A stretch of 64,000 nucleotides of DNA from an uncultured Chthonomonadaceae bacterium (GTDB lineage: Bacteria > Armatimonadota > Chthonomonadetes > Chthonomonadales > Chthonomonadaceae): contig CAWFQB010000003.1 in NCBI GenBank assembly GCA_963817895.1, positions 384,001-448,000 of the forward strand, in the 5' to 3' direction. Each line of letters starts with the position of its first letter. Position 1 is the first letter of the stretch. Positions 11,867 to 21,188 of the stretch are shown here, piece after piece. The notes beneath the pieces are model-generated. The model was given only the letters and a program-made list of their open reading frames with translations, was not told where the DNA came from and made no database searches. The position numbers and the translations under genes are program-made.

Positions 11867-12553
11867 TTACGGTTTAGCGCGAGCCTCTTGAAGGATGCGC
11901 AACGCTTCGGGCGGTTTATAGCGCTGTCGTCGTTGCGCGTACCGATTTTGAATTTGAAGCGTATACGTTATCCATGCGCCGATTCCTTTGGCGTGGGGAT
12001 CGGCATGGTATTCCAGCAGCAGGCGCGCGGCCTGAACATGGTTCATCCCGGCGGCGTACCCCAATGCGTTCTGATGCTGACTGTCTTCCTGATTGATGTT
12101 GGCGTGATAATCAAGCAGCAGTTGAATGGTAGCGATGTCGCCCCTTTCTGCGGCGGTCATCAGCGGGGTGACGCCGCCTGAATGGTCCGCGTTGGGGTTT
12201 GCGCCCGCCTCGAGCAGAGCGCGAAGGACGCGCTGACTGTTGCCCCTGCTGATTGCAAGGTTGAGCGCGGTACTCCCCTGTTTCCGATACGGGCTTGTGG
12301 GCGGCGTTAAATGCTCCCCAAGCCATTGATTAAACGTGGGAGAATTCGGCAGGGGTTCGTGCGCATTCGGATTTACGCCCCGGCGCAGGTTGGCAAGTAC
12401 GGCCTTTTCGTCTTTGCTTTCGATGTCGTTGATAAATTCCTGTTCGTGGATGTCATGATAAGTAATGCCCAGATAGGCTGTGGAAAGCAGCAGCAGCGCG
12501 CTCAAACCAATGATGTAAGGTATACGGATAACTGCCATGATGCTTGTCACCAT
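11867..12553 (-). CDS. Membrane-anchored ankyrin repeat protein
   Basis: N-terminal TM followed by ankyrin motifs (GSTALNLA, GVTPLMTAA, ANINQED); start uncertain. Confidence 0.85.
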   Translation of the reverse strand: MVTSIMAVIRIPYIIGLSALLLLSTAYLGITYHDIHEQEFINDIESKDEKAVLANLRRGVNPNAHEPLPNSPTFNQWLGEHLTPPTSPYRKQGSTALNLAISRGNSQRVLRALLEAGANPNADHSGGVTPLMTAAERGDIATIQLLLDYHANINQEDSQHQNALGYAAGMNHVQAARLLLEYHADPHAKGIGAWITYTLQIQNRYAQRRQRYKPPEALRILQEARAKP

Positions 12554-12584
12554 TATTTTCACAGGAAGCACGTAGGAATTTATT

Positions 12585-13388
12585 GTGGCACAAAACAGGT
12601 TCATCGTAAAACATCGCTTCATTATTGTCGCGATTCCTCTTGCCCTCTGCCTGCTGATTGCCGCCCTCACCTATCGGCAATATCGGCAGCAGCAGCTTGA
12701 CCACGACTTGATTGCCGCCATCAAGCGCAATGACGTTACCGCCGCGCTTGCCTACCTGCGACGCGGGGCCGATCCCAACGCCCGCGACAGCGCACAATCG
12801 GGAAATGTCTGGCAAATCCTGCGCCGCCTGTTCCTCCATTCCCACGCCAGCGCCGAACAGGGTGAACCCGCGCTCAACATTGCCGTACGAAACCTTACCC
12901 TTGTAAAAAAGCCTGCGGCAAAGCGGCAGGCCGCGATTTCCGGCATTGTTCCCGCGCTTTTGCGGGCGGGGGCTGACCCCAATGTTCCTGACGGGAATGG
13001 GGACACTCCTTTGCTGCAAACAGTGATGTGGGAGCCGCCGGAACTGATACAATGCCTGCTTGACCACAAAGCCAACGCCAACGCCAGAGGGTTCGCAGGC
13101 TCGACCGCGCTGATGCTGGCCGCGCCAAAGGACAGAGACAGCAGCGTGAAACTGCTTCTGGAACACGGCGCGGAAATTAATGCCCGCGCGGATAACGGCA
13201 TGACGCCTCTGATGTACGCGGCGGGAACCGGCGCGGTCAACAACATGCGGCTTCTGCTGCAACATCACGCCGACCCCACTGCCAGAGACAAGCAAGGACT
13301 GACCGCGCAGCAATGGGCGCAGCGTAACAGCGCGCGCCGCGCCGTACAGTTGCTCAATTCCGAACAAACCGCGAAACACGCGAAATAG
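12585..13388 (+). CDS. Membrane-anchored ankyrin repeat protein
   Basis: N-terminal TM; GDTPLL, GSTALMLAA, GMTPLMYAA and GADPN motifs. Confidence 0.88.
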   Translation: MAQNRFIVKHRFIIVAIPLALCLLIAALTYRQYRQQQLDHDLIAAIKRNDVTAALAYLRRGADPNARDSAQSGNVWQILRRLFLHSHASAEQGEPALNIAVRNLTLVKKPAAKRQAAISGIVPALLRAGADPNVPDGNGDTPLLQTVMWEPPELIQCLLDHKANANARGFAGSTALMLAAPKDRDSSVKLLLEHGAEINARADNGMTPLMYAAGTGAVNNMRLLLQHHADPTARDKQGLTAQQWAQRNSARRAVQLLNSEQTAKHAK

Positions 13389-13556
13389 ACTAATTCTTCT
13401 CCTTTTCTCCTTTTCTCCTTTTCTCCTCTTCTTACTCGCGTTTCGGGTAAAATCGTGCAGGGATTGCGCCCCGCGTTGCCTAAACACAAGCGCGGGAGAT
13501 ACTCTCATTGCGCCCATTGTCGGGCGCGGAATGAAACAACCGAAGGAGATACGAGA

Positions 13557-14623
13557 TTGGCACATAATGTAACCCTGATTCGGGGCGATGGAACCGGGCC
13601 GGAACTGGTCGAAGCGGCAAAGAAGGTGCTGGACGCAACGGGCGTTGGCTTCAACTGGGATGTGGTCGAGGCGGGCGTGGACATCATGGAGACGGCGGGA
13701 ACGCCCCTGCCGAACAACGTGCTGGAAAGCATCCGCAAAAACAAAGTGGCGCTGAAAGGCCCGATCACGACGCCGATCGGAACGGGCTTCCGCTCGGTCA
13801 ATGTCGCGCTGCGCAAGGAACTGGATTTGTACGCCTGCATCCGCCCGTGCAAATACTATCCGGGTATCCGCTCCAAGTATCAGGATGTGGATTTGATTGT
13901 GGTGCGCGAAAACACGGAAGACCTGTACGCGGGCGTGGAATACGACGTTCATTCCGACGAAGCGAAGCAGATTATCGATATGGCGGGCGGCAAAATCCGC
14001 GAGGACGCGGCCATCTCCATCAAGCCGATTTCCGAAACGGGATCGCGCCGGATCATCAAAACCGCGTTCGAGTACGCCCGGCAAGTATGGCCGCAAAAAA
14101 GTGAGCGCGGTCGCCAAAGCCAACATCATGAAGTACACGGACGGCCTGTTCTTCCGCATGTCGGCAGGAAGTGGCGAAGGACTACCCGGAAATCGAGTAT
14201 CAGGAAGTCCTCGTAGACAACATGTGCATGCAGCTCGTGCAGAAGCCGGAACTGTACGATGTGCTGGTAATGGAAAACCTGTACGGCGACATTCTCTCCG
14301 ACCTGTGCGCCGGACTGGTCGGCGGTTTGGGCGTCGCGCCCGGAGCCAACATCGGCGACACGATGGCCCTGTTCGAGCCGACGCACGGCTGCGCGCCCAA
14401 GTACAAGGGCCAGAACAAAGTCAATCCCGTCGCGCTGATTCTGTCCGGTATGCTGATGCTGCGCTATCTGAAAGAGGAAGACGCGGCGGACCGGCTGGAA
14501 AAAGCCATTGCTGCCGTGATTCTGGAAGGCAAGGATGTCACCTACGACATGAAGCCCGACCGCAACGATCCCACCGCTGTCGGCACATCCGAAATGGCGG
14601 ACGCGATTATCGCGAAGTTGTGA
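13557..14623 (+). CDS. icd: Isocitrate/isopropylmalate dehydrogenase family protein (probable isocitrate dehydrogenase); frameshifted near 14090-14170
   Basis: Motifs [53 protein letters not shown]. Confidence 0.85.
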
Positions 14624-14657
14624 CCTCAGAGGAAAATCAGAAAGGAGAGAGGCACTC

Positions 14658-15622
14658 ATGCCGAAGAGAAAGTAACGATTGTGGGCGCGGGACAGACGGG
14701 GGCCACGCTGGCCCACTGGCTGGCCCAGCGCGGCGACGTGGATATCGTGCTGTACGACATCGTGGAGGGGATGCCGCAGGGCAAAGCCCTCGATCTGCTG
14801 GAAGCCATGCCGATCATCGGCTCGGACGCCAAGATCACGGGAACGAACGGCTGGAAGGAGACGCAGGACAGCGACATCATCGTGATCACGAGCGGACTGC
14901 CGCGCAAGCCGGGCATGAGCCGCGACGACCTGCTGAAAGTGAACGCGGGCATCGTGGCGGACGTGACCCAAGCGCCGTGCGCCAAGTCGCCCAACGCCAT
15001 TCTGATGCTGCTCACCAATCCGCTCGACGCGATGTGCCATGTCGCGCTGCACGACAGCGGCTTTCCGCCGGAGCGCGTCTTCGGGCAGGCGGGCATTCTG
15101 GATACGGCCCGGTTCCGCGCGTTTCTGGCGATGGAGACCAGAGTAAGCGTCGCGGAAGTCAACGCCTACGTTCTGGGCGGGCATGGCGACGACATGGTTC
15201 CGCTGCTCGGCAGCACGAATATCGGCGGCGTTCCCGTCACCAAAATGATTCAGCCGGACATTTTGGCGGCAATTGTGGAGCGCGCGCGCAAAGGGGGCGG
15301 CGAGATCGTCAGCCTGCTCAAAACCGGCAGCGCGTTCTATGCCCCGTCCGCCGCCCTCGCGCAGATGATCGACGCGGTTCTCAACGACCGCAAGCGTATT
15401 CTGCCCTGCGCGGTCTACACGGGCAACAACGCGGGCAACTACGGCGTCAGCGACCTGTACCTCGGCCTGCCCGCCATCATCGGGCGCAACGGCGTGGAAC
15501 AGATCATTCCCATCGAACTGACCGGCGAAGAGCGCGACGCCCTGCAGAAATCCGCCGCCTCTGTCCGCGAACTGGTCACGGCCCTCAAAGGCTTCGACCC
15601 GCCCATGCTGCCGCAGGACTGA
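14658..15622 (+). CDS. mdh: Malate dehydrogenase (LDH-like); 1-nt frameshift near the start
   Basis: Motifs VGAGQTG, PQGKALD, GLPRKPGMSRDDLL, VLGGHGD, KTGSAFYAP. Confidence 0.93.
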
Positions 15623-15625
15623 GGA

Positions 15626-15690
15626 AGATAAGAGGCACGAGATACGAGATACGAGAAGAGGAACCTCCCCTCTCGTATCTCGTATCTCAT
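15626..15690. repeat. Inverted GATACGA/TCGTATC heptamer arrays forming a hairpin between convergent genes (possible bidirectional terminator)
   Basis: cacgagatacgagatacgag ... ctcgtatctcgtatctc. Confidence 0.75.
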
Positions 15691-16433
15691 CCCTTCCTCA
15701 CGTACCACTCCGCGCACGCCTGCCCGTCTTTGCCGACGAAAAAGCCGATTTCATCCTTTACGGGGTCAATCACGAGGGCGATTTGCCAGTCGGCGCAGAA
15801 GATTTCCTCCTGCGTGTCTAAATCGGTTTGGGACAGAAAAACGCCCATGTTCGGGTGGGAGTGGTAGGAGCCGATCACCGTCCAATCGACGGGCATCTGC
15901 TGGAGTTGAGGCGCTAATGTTCGCCATGAGGCGGTAGTATAGCCGAAGAAGGTGGGGGTTTCAATGCCGTCGGGCGCGGGCAGGGCGTCGTGAATCAGCA
16001 GGAGGTACGAGCGCAAAAGGGGGTCGTAAAACGCCTGTCCGAGCAGCAGCCCGCCCTGTTCCACCTCCACATTGCCGCGCAAATGCGCCTGCGTTTTCTC
16101 TAAAGCCGCGCGATTGACAAAAATGTACGATTGTTGCGGCAAAATAGCGGGCAAACGCGCCAATCCAAGCGTTGGCGCGAACTCTGCGGCGGTAATCTCC
16201 GTCGGCGCGTACACATCCGCGCTCTCCTGCCACACAATATCCCCGGCTGTATCGGAAGCAAGCGCGGCAGTGGAAGAAATCCCGGCGACAGGCGCAGAAG
16301 CAGTTTCCTGTACTGTCTGTACCGCGTTCTCGGCAGGCTTGCCGGAAGTGGATACCAGCCGCGCAATACCGGCCGCCAGCAGCGCCACGCCGCCGAAACT
16401 CCCCAGTATCAAAGCCAAGTCCATACCGTTCAT
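15687..16433 (-). CDS. JAB/JAMM (Mov34/MPN) metallopeptidase with an N-terminal TM helix (putative deubiquitinase/Ubl maturase)
   Basis: EQGGLLLG and GSYHSHPNMGVFLSQTD (E..HxH..S..D); hydrophobic N-terminus MDLALILGSFGGVALLAAGIARLV. Confidence 0.9.
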   Translation of the reverse strand: MNGMDLALILGSFGGVALLAAGIARLVSTSGKPAENAVQTVQETASAPVAGISSTAALASDTAGDIVWQESADVYAPTEITAAEFAPTLGLARLPAILPQQSYIFVNRAALEKTQAHLRGNVEVEQGGLLLGQAFYDPLLRSYLLLIHDALPAPDGIETPTFFGYTTASWRTLAPQLQQMPVDWTVIGSYHSHPNMGVFLSQTDLDTQEEIFCADWQIALVIDPVKDEIGFFVGKDGQACAEWYVRKG

Positions 16434-16505
16434 CCTTTAGGAAGGAGTAAGGGATAAGAACGAGAGTCAGGAAGTTCCTCCCTAACAACCTGACAACTTA
16501 TAAAC

Positions 16506-17165
16506 CTACTCCAACTCTTCCCAAATCAGCGTTGTGTCTTCGCGCAGGCTGAAAAGGGGAGTACCCACGCTGGATTTCTCGCTCACTGGTTCCTCCGGCA
16601 GTTCACCGGACTTCCGCATCAGCGCGCCGATGTCGGGAAGGTCATCTTCACTGACAACCGTGTTGGGTGGAGCGCCAACCGGCGGATCATCGCCCATAAA
16701 CGTAATATTATCCGTTGGCAGTATCAACAAGTTGCGCGTAACCCAGAACATCGCCTGCTCATTCGCCGGGTCCAGAATGTCCATATAGCGGCGGTCGAAC
16801 TGTATCATCGCGCCCAACCGCAAAACTAAATCTTCCAGATACTCCGTCGTCTGCCAGCTTCCCATGCACACGACCCGGTTTGTATATACGTGCGGATTGA
16901 AAATGGGAGTCAGCAGTTCGGCAACGGGCGCGGCGGAGGGAGCCGGGTAGCGGGACGGCAATTTAATGCGAACCCGACTGGAAGCGCGATACACGGGCTT
17001 GCCGTCTTTCAGCGCCTCGATACTCCGGCAATGGTAGGTCAGCACATACTCGTCCGGCGGGCGGCCCTTTGTGGACTCGATAACAAGCCTGCCGCCGCTG
17101 TTGGCCGCCAGAGCAAGCACTTGTTCATAATCCGCCTGTAGGCGTAGGTCGCGCGCGGTAGCCAT
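16506..17165 (-). CDS. Ubiquitin-conjugating enzyme E2-like protein
   Basis: Start MATARDLRLQADYE. UBC signature LPSRYP..P..LLTPIFNPHVYTNRVVCMGSW..L.DLV..PANEQA contains a candidate catalytic Cys. Confidence 0.88.
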   Translation of the reverse strand: MATARDLRLQADYEQVLALAANSGGRLVIESTKGRPPDEYVLTYHCRSIEALKDGKPVYRASSRVRIKLPSRYPAPSAAPVAELLTPIFNPHVYTNRVVCMGSWQTTEYLEDLVLRLGAMIQFDRRYMDILDPANEQAMFWVTRNLLILPTDNITFMGDDPPVGAPPNTVVSEDDLPDIGALMRKSGELPEEPVSEKSSVGTPLFSLREDTTLIWEELE

Positions 17166-17167
17166 AA

Positions 17168-17242
<75 letters not shown>

Positions 17243-17562
17243 TCCTCCTCCATGTGTCGGAAACGGCTGAAGCATCAGCACGTCGCCGTTTTGGACGTTG
17301 TTGCTGCTTAAAGTGTCGTGGGCGAGCAATTGGCGGTTGGTGTTCATGTTCACAATCTGGAAATCCATGCCCATCGAAAGCCGCCATTTGCCCCGGCTGG
17401 CCTTGATAACATCGGCCACCGTCATGGTGCGGGGAACCGTGACCTGCGCCTTGCGCGTCCGATCCGCCGTTTGTAAAATCACCGTTACTGTATGGACGCT
17501 CATAGGTGAACTCCTGTTCCTGACTGCGCGGCGTGTCGCCCCAACTCGCTCAAGAATGATCG

Positions 17563-18831
17563 TTAATGTTCGCTATTGTTGCCATCGTACTCGCCTGAAA
17601 TTTGAACGTAATGTCGCGTGTCGCCCTGCTTGATTGCCACTATTTGATATTCAGGAATACGCAGAGCAGCAAGCGAATGACGCGCCCACTCACTATCTTT
17701 ATCCACCCAATTCAACGTTTGCGGCTGACGAGAAGGAGTATCACAACGCGGGCAATGATTGAGCGCAAGCGAACAGGTTTCCAGCGGCTGCAATATCGTT
17801 TCACTCTGCCCGCAGTTCAGGCACCGCATTTCGGTCAGCAGGTCAAACCCTAATTCGACAACCCCCTCCGGCATCCCTGCCTGCGCGAGCAATTCCACTA
17901 CGCTAAGTTCCGCCGCCCCCGCTCCCAAAACCGTAACGGGTTCCCACAGTTCATGCGCCAGACACTCCGCGCTGCGCGGCAGCGTCACCGTTTGCAATCC
18001 ATACGGCGCGACTGTCAGGTACAGCTTCTGGCTGAAGGAAAGGCCGACAAAGGATGAAGGATGAAGGATGAAGGATGAAGCCTCTGCTGCTGTTCCCTTT
18101 TCCCTGTTCCCTGTTCCCTGTCCTCGTATCTCGTATCTCGTATCTCGTATCTCTCCTGTTCCCTTCCTCCCATGCAGCAACAGCATCGCCTCATTCACGG
18201 CATACGCGGCGGCGAGGGAGGCGACGACGGCGGTGGTGGGAACCGCGTTTTCGGGCAGGTCGGCGCGCAGACCGCCACAGGAGAACCGTTGATTGCGGCG
18301 TTCCCACAGGGTTTCCGACATGGCGCACTCGAAACAGGCTTCGGGCGCAACGGTGTCGCGGCTCGCGAACAGGGCGATTTCTGCCAGCGTCGCTTCAATG
18401 CCCGTGTTGATCCACGGAACGCCCGCCCGGTTGCAGGCGCGATTGAGCGCGAGACGCGCGTTGATGCTGTCCAGACAGCCGATGACCACATCCATGCTGC
18501 GGTACACGCCCAAACCCACATCGAATTCCAGATTGCCCTGCGCCCATTGCGCATCCACATCCGGGTTCAAGGCGTGGGCGCGATCCGCCGCGACCTGCGC
18601 CTTGCCCCGCCCCACATCGGTTTCCCGAAACAAAACGCTACGCGTCAGGTTGGAAAGTTCAATCGTATCAAAGTCTACCAGCAGCAAATGCCCCACGCCC
18701 ATCAGCGCCAGCAGTTTGACGACTTCATTGCCGACCGCGCCGACGCCCGCAACCAGAACCCGCGCTGTCGCCAGCCGGGTTTGATCCCATCCTTCCAGTA
18801 GATAGTGTCGGGCGTAACGGTCCTGATTCAT
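17563..18831 (-). CDS. E1/ThiF-family Ubl-activating enzyme with a C-terminal Zn-ribbon
   Basis: Start MNQDRYARH. Motifs GVGAVG, DFDTIELSNLTRS, CLDSINAR, CFEC, candidate catalytic RFSCGG, PTT; C-terminal CLNC..CPRC. Confidence 0.93.
   Translation of the reverse strand: MNQDRYARHYLLEGWDQTRLATARVLVAGVGAVGNEVVKLLALMGVGHLLLVDFDTIELSNLTRSVLFRETDVGRGKAQVAADRAHALNPDVDAQWAQGNLEFDVGLGVYRSMDVVIGCLDSINARLALNRACNRAGVPWINTGIEATLAEIALFASRDTVAPEACFECAMSETLWERRNQRFSCGGLRADLPENAVPTTAVVASLAAAYAVNEAMLLLHGRKGTGEIRDTRYEIRGQGTGNREKGTAAEASSFILHPSSFVGLSFSQKLYLTVAPYGLQTVTLPRSAECLAHELWEPVTVLGAGAAELSVVELLAQAGMPEGVVELGFDLLTEMRCLNCGQSETILQPLETCSLALNHCPRCDTPSRQPQTLNWVDKDSEWARHSLAALRIPEYQIVAIKQGDTRHYVQISGEYDGNNSEH
18051..18165. 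repeat. In-frame insert of three tandem-repeat families inside E1 (GGATGAA, CCCTGTT, CTCGTAT)
   Basis: Read directly; encodes GEIRDTRYEIRGQGTGNREKG..SSFILHPSSF. Confidence 0.9.
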
Positions 18832-18870
18832 AGCGAGAGTGGAGAGTGAGAGTGAAGAGTGAGAGAAAAT

Positions 18871-19045
18871 TTCACTACCGGACACATTTTTCCGGGTATT
18901 GAAAATACCCGTCTGAGTGGCGTTCCGCCAAGCGTCCTTCGGACGCGAAACTCTGAAAAACAAGCATTTGCGTCCGAAGGACGCTTGGCCGTAGGCCATG
19001 TAGACAGGGGTTTTCAACCCCTGGCAAAATGTGTCCGGTAGTGAA
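18871..19045. repeat. REPIN/MITE-like long imperfect palindrome
   Basis: 44-bp imperfect inverted ends (ttcactaccggacacatttt..ttgaaaa..gtct) and inner 19-bp inverted pair ccaagcgtccttcggacgc; a half copy lies at 33641. Confidence 0.85.
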
Positions 19046-19059
19046 GAGAAGATGCGTTT

Positions 19060-19812
19060 TTACTCTCCACTCTCACTCTTCACTCTCACTTCCTTTATCG
19101 TATTTCGCGCGTTGCAGTTGCAGCAGCAGCCCCGCGATTCCTTGCGCAGAAAGTTCCAGCCTTCCGGGCTGTAGCACAGTCCGCAATGGGAACATTGAAA
19201 CATGGGTCGGTTTGGGTTCAGCGGCTGGCGGGTGATGGGGCATACCAGTTTGCTTGAAGCCGCCGAAGCCGGGCGATTGGGAACGGGGTTGGCGAGAACA
19301 GGCGTCGGGGCCTGTAGATACGCCAACAATACGGCGACGACATGAGCGCAGGCTAAAGTTCGCGATGGGACTTGAATTGCATTGCTGTTACTGCCGCCGA
19401 CAGAAGCAGCGGGCGTAGAAGTCCGCTTCTGACAGGTGCAGGAAGCGGCTATTTCGCCGTCCTCAAATAAAATCTCTTGATCTTCGTAACGCTGTTCCCG
19501 CGTGGTTCCGGTCAGGCGTCCCCCGTGCGCCACCGCCCGCGTCACCTGCTTGCGCGTGACAAGCTGCTGCCCCTGCGCATAGATGTGGGGAGCGCACTGC
19601 GTGGCGATCCACGCGGGTGTCAGGTCCGTAAAAGCGCGTGGCGTTCCCGGCCTTGTTGGAGCAAACGGGTCCAGCGGCGTGAACTCAATTTCCGGCACAT
19701 CCGTATTCAACTCTGTGGCATTATACGCGCCCGGATTTTGCCCGGAACGGCCTCGCCGCCAGAATGTAAGCCGATCTTTTATTTCGTCAACCAATTCGCG
19801 TACTTCGCTCAC
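19060..19812 (-). CDS. SWIM zinc finger + C-terminal RING/SP-RING-like domain protein (putative E3)
   Basis: SWIM motif SCTC..ACAHVVAVLL; C-terminal CPIT..FQCSHCGLCYSPEGW..CCCNC. Confidence 0.75.
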   Translation of the reverse strand: MSEVRELVDEIKDRLTFWRRGRSGQNPGAYNATELNTDVPEIEFTPLDPFAPTRPGTPRAFTDLTPAWIATQCAPHIYAQGQQLVTRKQVTRAVAHGGRLTGTTREQRYEDQEILFEDGEIAASCTCQKRTSTPAASVGGSNSNAIQVPSRTLACAHVVAVLLAYLQAPTPVLANPVPNRPASAASSKLVCPITRQPLNPNRPMFQCSHCGLCYSPEGWNFLRKESRGCCCNCNARNTIKEVRVKSESGE

Positions 19813-19924
19813 AATTTGCGCTTTCTATAAGAGAGGGCTGAAAATAGCGTCCTTGTTTTCGCGTGTCGAATCATACCTCACTCTGTATTTACTCATTATA
19901 GGCTAATTTTACCTGCCTGACAAG

Positions 19925-20116
19925 GTGAAGCGAACTTATTGTTTAACTATTTATTGCGATGGCGTCTCGCGCAAGCAGGTCCGCCGCAATGAGAGCCGCA
20001 TTTTCGTAAAACTATCTTCTGGAAGGTGGGCAGAGCAGGAGTTTGAACATCTGAAAAGAAATAAGACGGATGAAGATTTAGTCCGCGCCGCAATCCTTGC
20101 CGCAGGCGTTCAATGA
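19925..20116 (+). CDS. Small hypothetical protein
   Basis: 63-aa ORF in an AT-richer intergenic stretch. Confidence 0.3.
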   Translation: MKRTYCLTIYCDGVSRKQVRRNESRIFVKLSSGRWAEQEFEHLKRNKTDEDLVRAAILAAGVQ

Positions 20117-20207
20117 AGAATGTAGACGCTTCTTGATTTTCCAACGCATGTGTCGGCCAACATTGTTGGCGCGGCTAATCTCATATCCCGAAACAGGAGG
20201 CACATAC

Positions 20208-21188
20208 ATGGCATCTATACGCTCTTTCGGTTACGTGTTACTCGGAATTCTCCCTCTCGCGGTTCTTGCAACCGTCCATGCGCAAAACAATCAGGGAAAC
20301 AATACTGCCGACGCGCAGGCGAACATTGACCGCGCCAACAAGACTCTGGGCAGCATGATCGCTCTGGTGGATCAGATTGAAGTTCGTAAAAAGACGGGCG
20401 GAGCGTCGAATTTGCAGACGCCAAAAGACACGCTCGGTCATCAGGATACGCCCTTGCAGGCAAACGGCAAGTGGCATGTTCACGACGGCCTGCGCCCCCA
20501 GCCGCCCGTGATTAACCCCGGCACGGCCAGTACGCAGGATATGGCGGGACGCCCGCCCTCGGATGCGGTCGTGCTGTTCGATGGCACAGACCTTTCCCAC
20601 TTCAAAGATTCCGGCGGCGGCGCGGCAGCGTGGAAAGTGGAAAACGGCCACATGGAGGTTGCGCCTAAAACCGGCAACCTGCTGACCAAAGACGAGATTG
20701 GAGATTGTCAATTTCACGTCGAGTGGAGCGCGCCTACCGAAGTAAAGGGCAATGGACAGGGGCGCGGCAACAGCGGCATTCTGTTCTTCAATGGCAAGTA
20801 CGAGGTGCAGGTTCTGGACAGTTACGAGAATCCGACCTATCCCGATGGACAGGCGGCGGCGATTTACAACAGCTACCCGCCCATTGTCAACCCGGTCCGC
20901 AGGCCCGGCGAGTGGAACCTGTACGACATCATGTTCACCGTGCCGCGCTTCGAGGGCGAGAAACTGGTCAAGCCGGGCTATTTCACCATAATGTTCAACG
21001 GCGTCGTAGTTCAAAACCATGTGGAACTGCTTGGCGAAACCACTCACATGAAGCGGGCCGAGTATCATGCCCATGCGCCCAAAGGGGCTGTGATGCTGCA
21101 AAATCACGGCAACCCGGTTCGCTACCGCAATATCTGGTATCGCGAACTGAAAGACAATACGGAGCCGGGAGACAAGGCCGTCTACTGA
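20208..21188 (+). CDS. DUF1080 (3-keto-disaccharide hydrolase family) secreted protein
   Basis: AGGAGG RBS, signal peptide, motifs PPSDAVVLFDG, GRGNSG, YEVQVLDS, LQNHGNPVRYRNIW. Confidence 0.92.
   Translation: MASIRSFGYVLLGILPLAVLATVHAQNNQGNNTADAQANIDRANKTLGSMIALVDQIEVRKKTGGASNLQTPKDTLGHQDTPLQANGKWHVHDGLRPQPPVINPGTASTQDMAGRPPSDAVVLFDGTDLSHFKDSGGGAAAWKVENGHMEVAPKTGNLLTKDEIGDCQFHVEWSAPTEVKGNGQGRGNSGILFFNGKYEVQVLDSYENPTYPDGQAAAIYNSYPPIVNPVRRPGEWNLYDIMFTVPRFEGEKLVKPGYFTIMFNGVVVQNHVELLGETTHMKRAEYHAHAPKGAVMLQNHGNPVRYRNIWYRELKDNTEPGDKAVY

Noticed and set aside
13557..14680. Programmed frameshifting or pseudogenes in icd and mdh
   Set aside because: Indels occur window-wide and are better explained by assembly error.
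12453..15867. Long ORFs 12453..14159(-) and 13897..15867(+)
   Set aside because: These are shadow or alternate frames of the ankyrin, icd and mdh genes in GC-rich DNA.
17563..18831. E1 and Ubl as ThiF/ThiS or MoeB/MoaD cofactor biosynthesis
   Set aside because: No thiamine, molybdopterin or cysteine-synthase genes are nearby, and an E2 and a RING-like gene are present.
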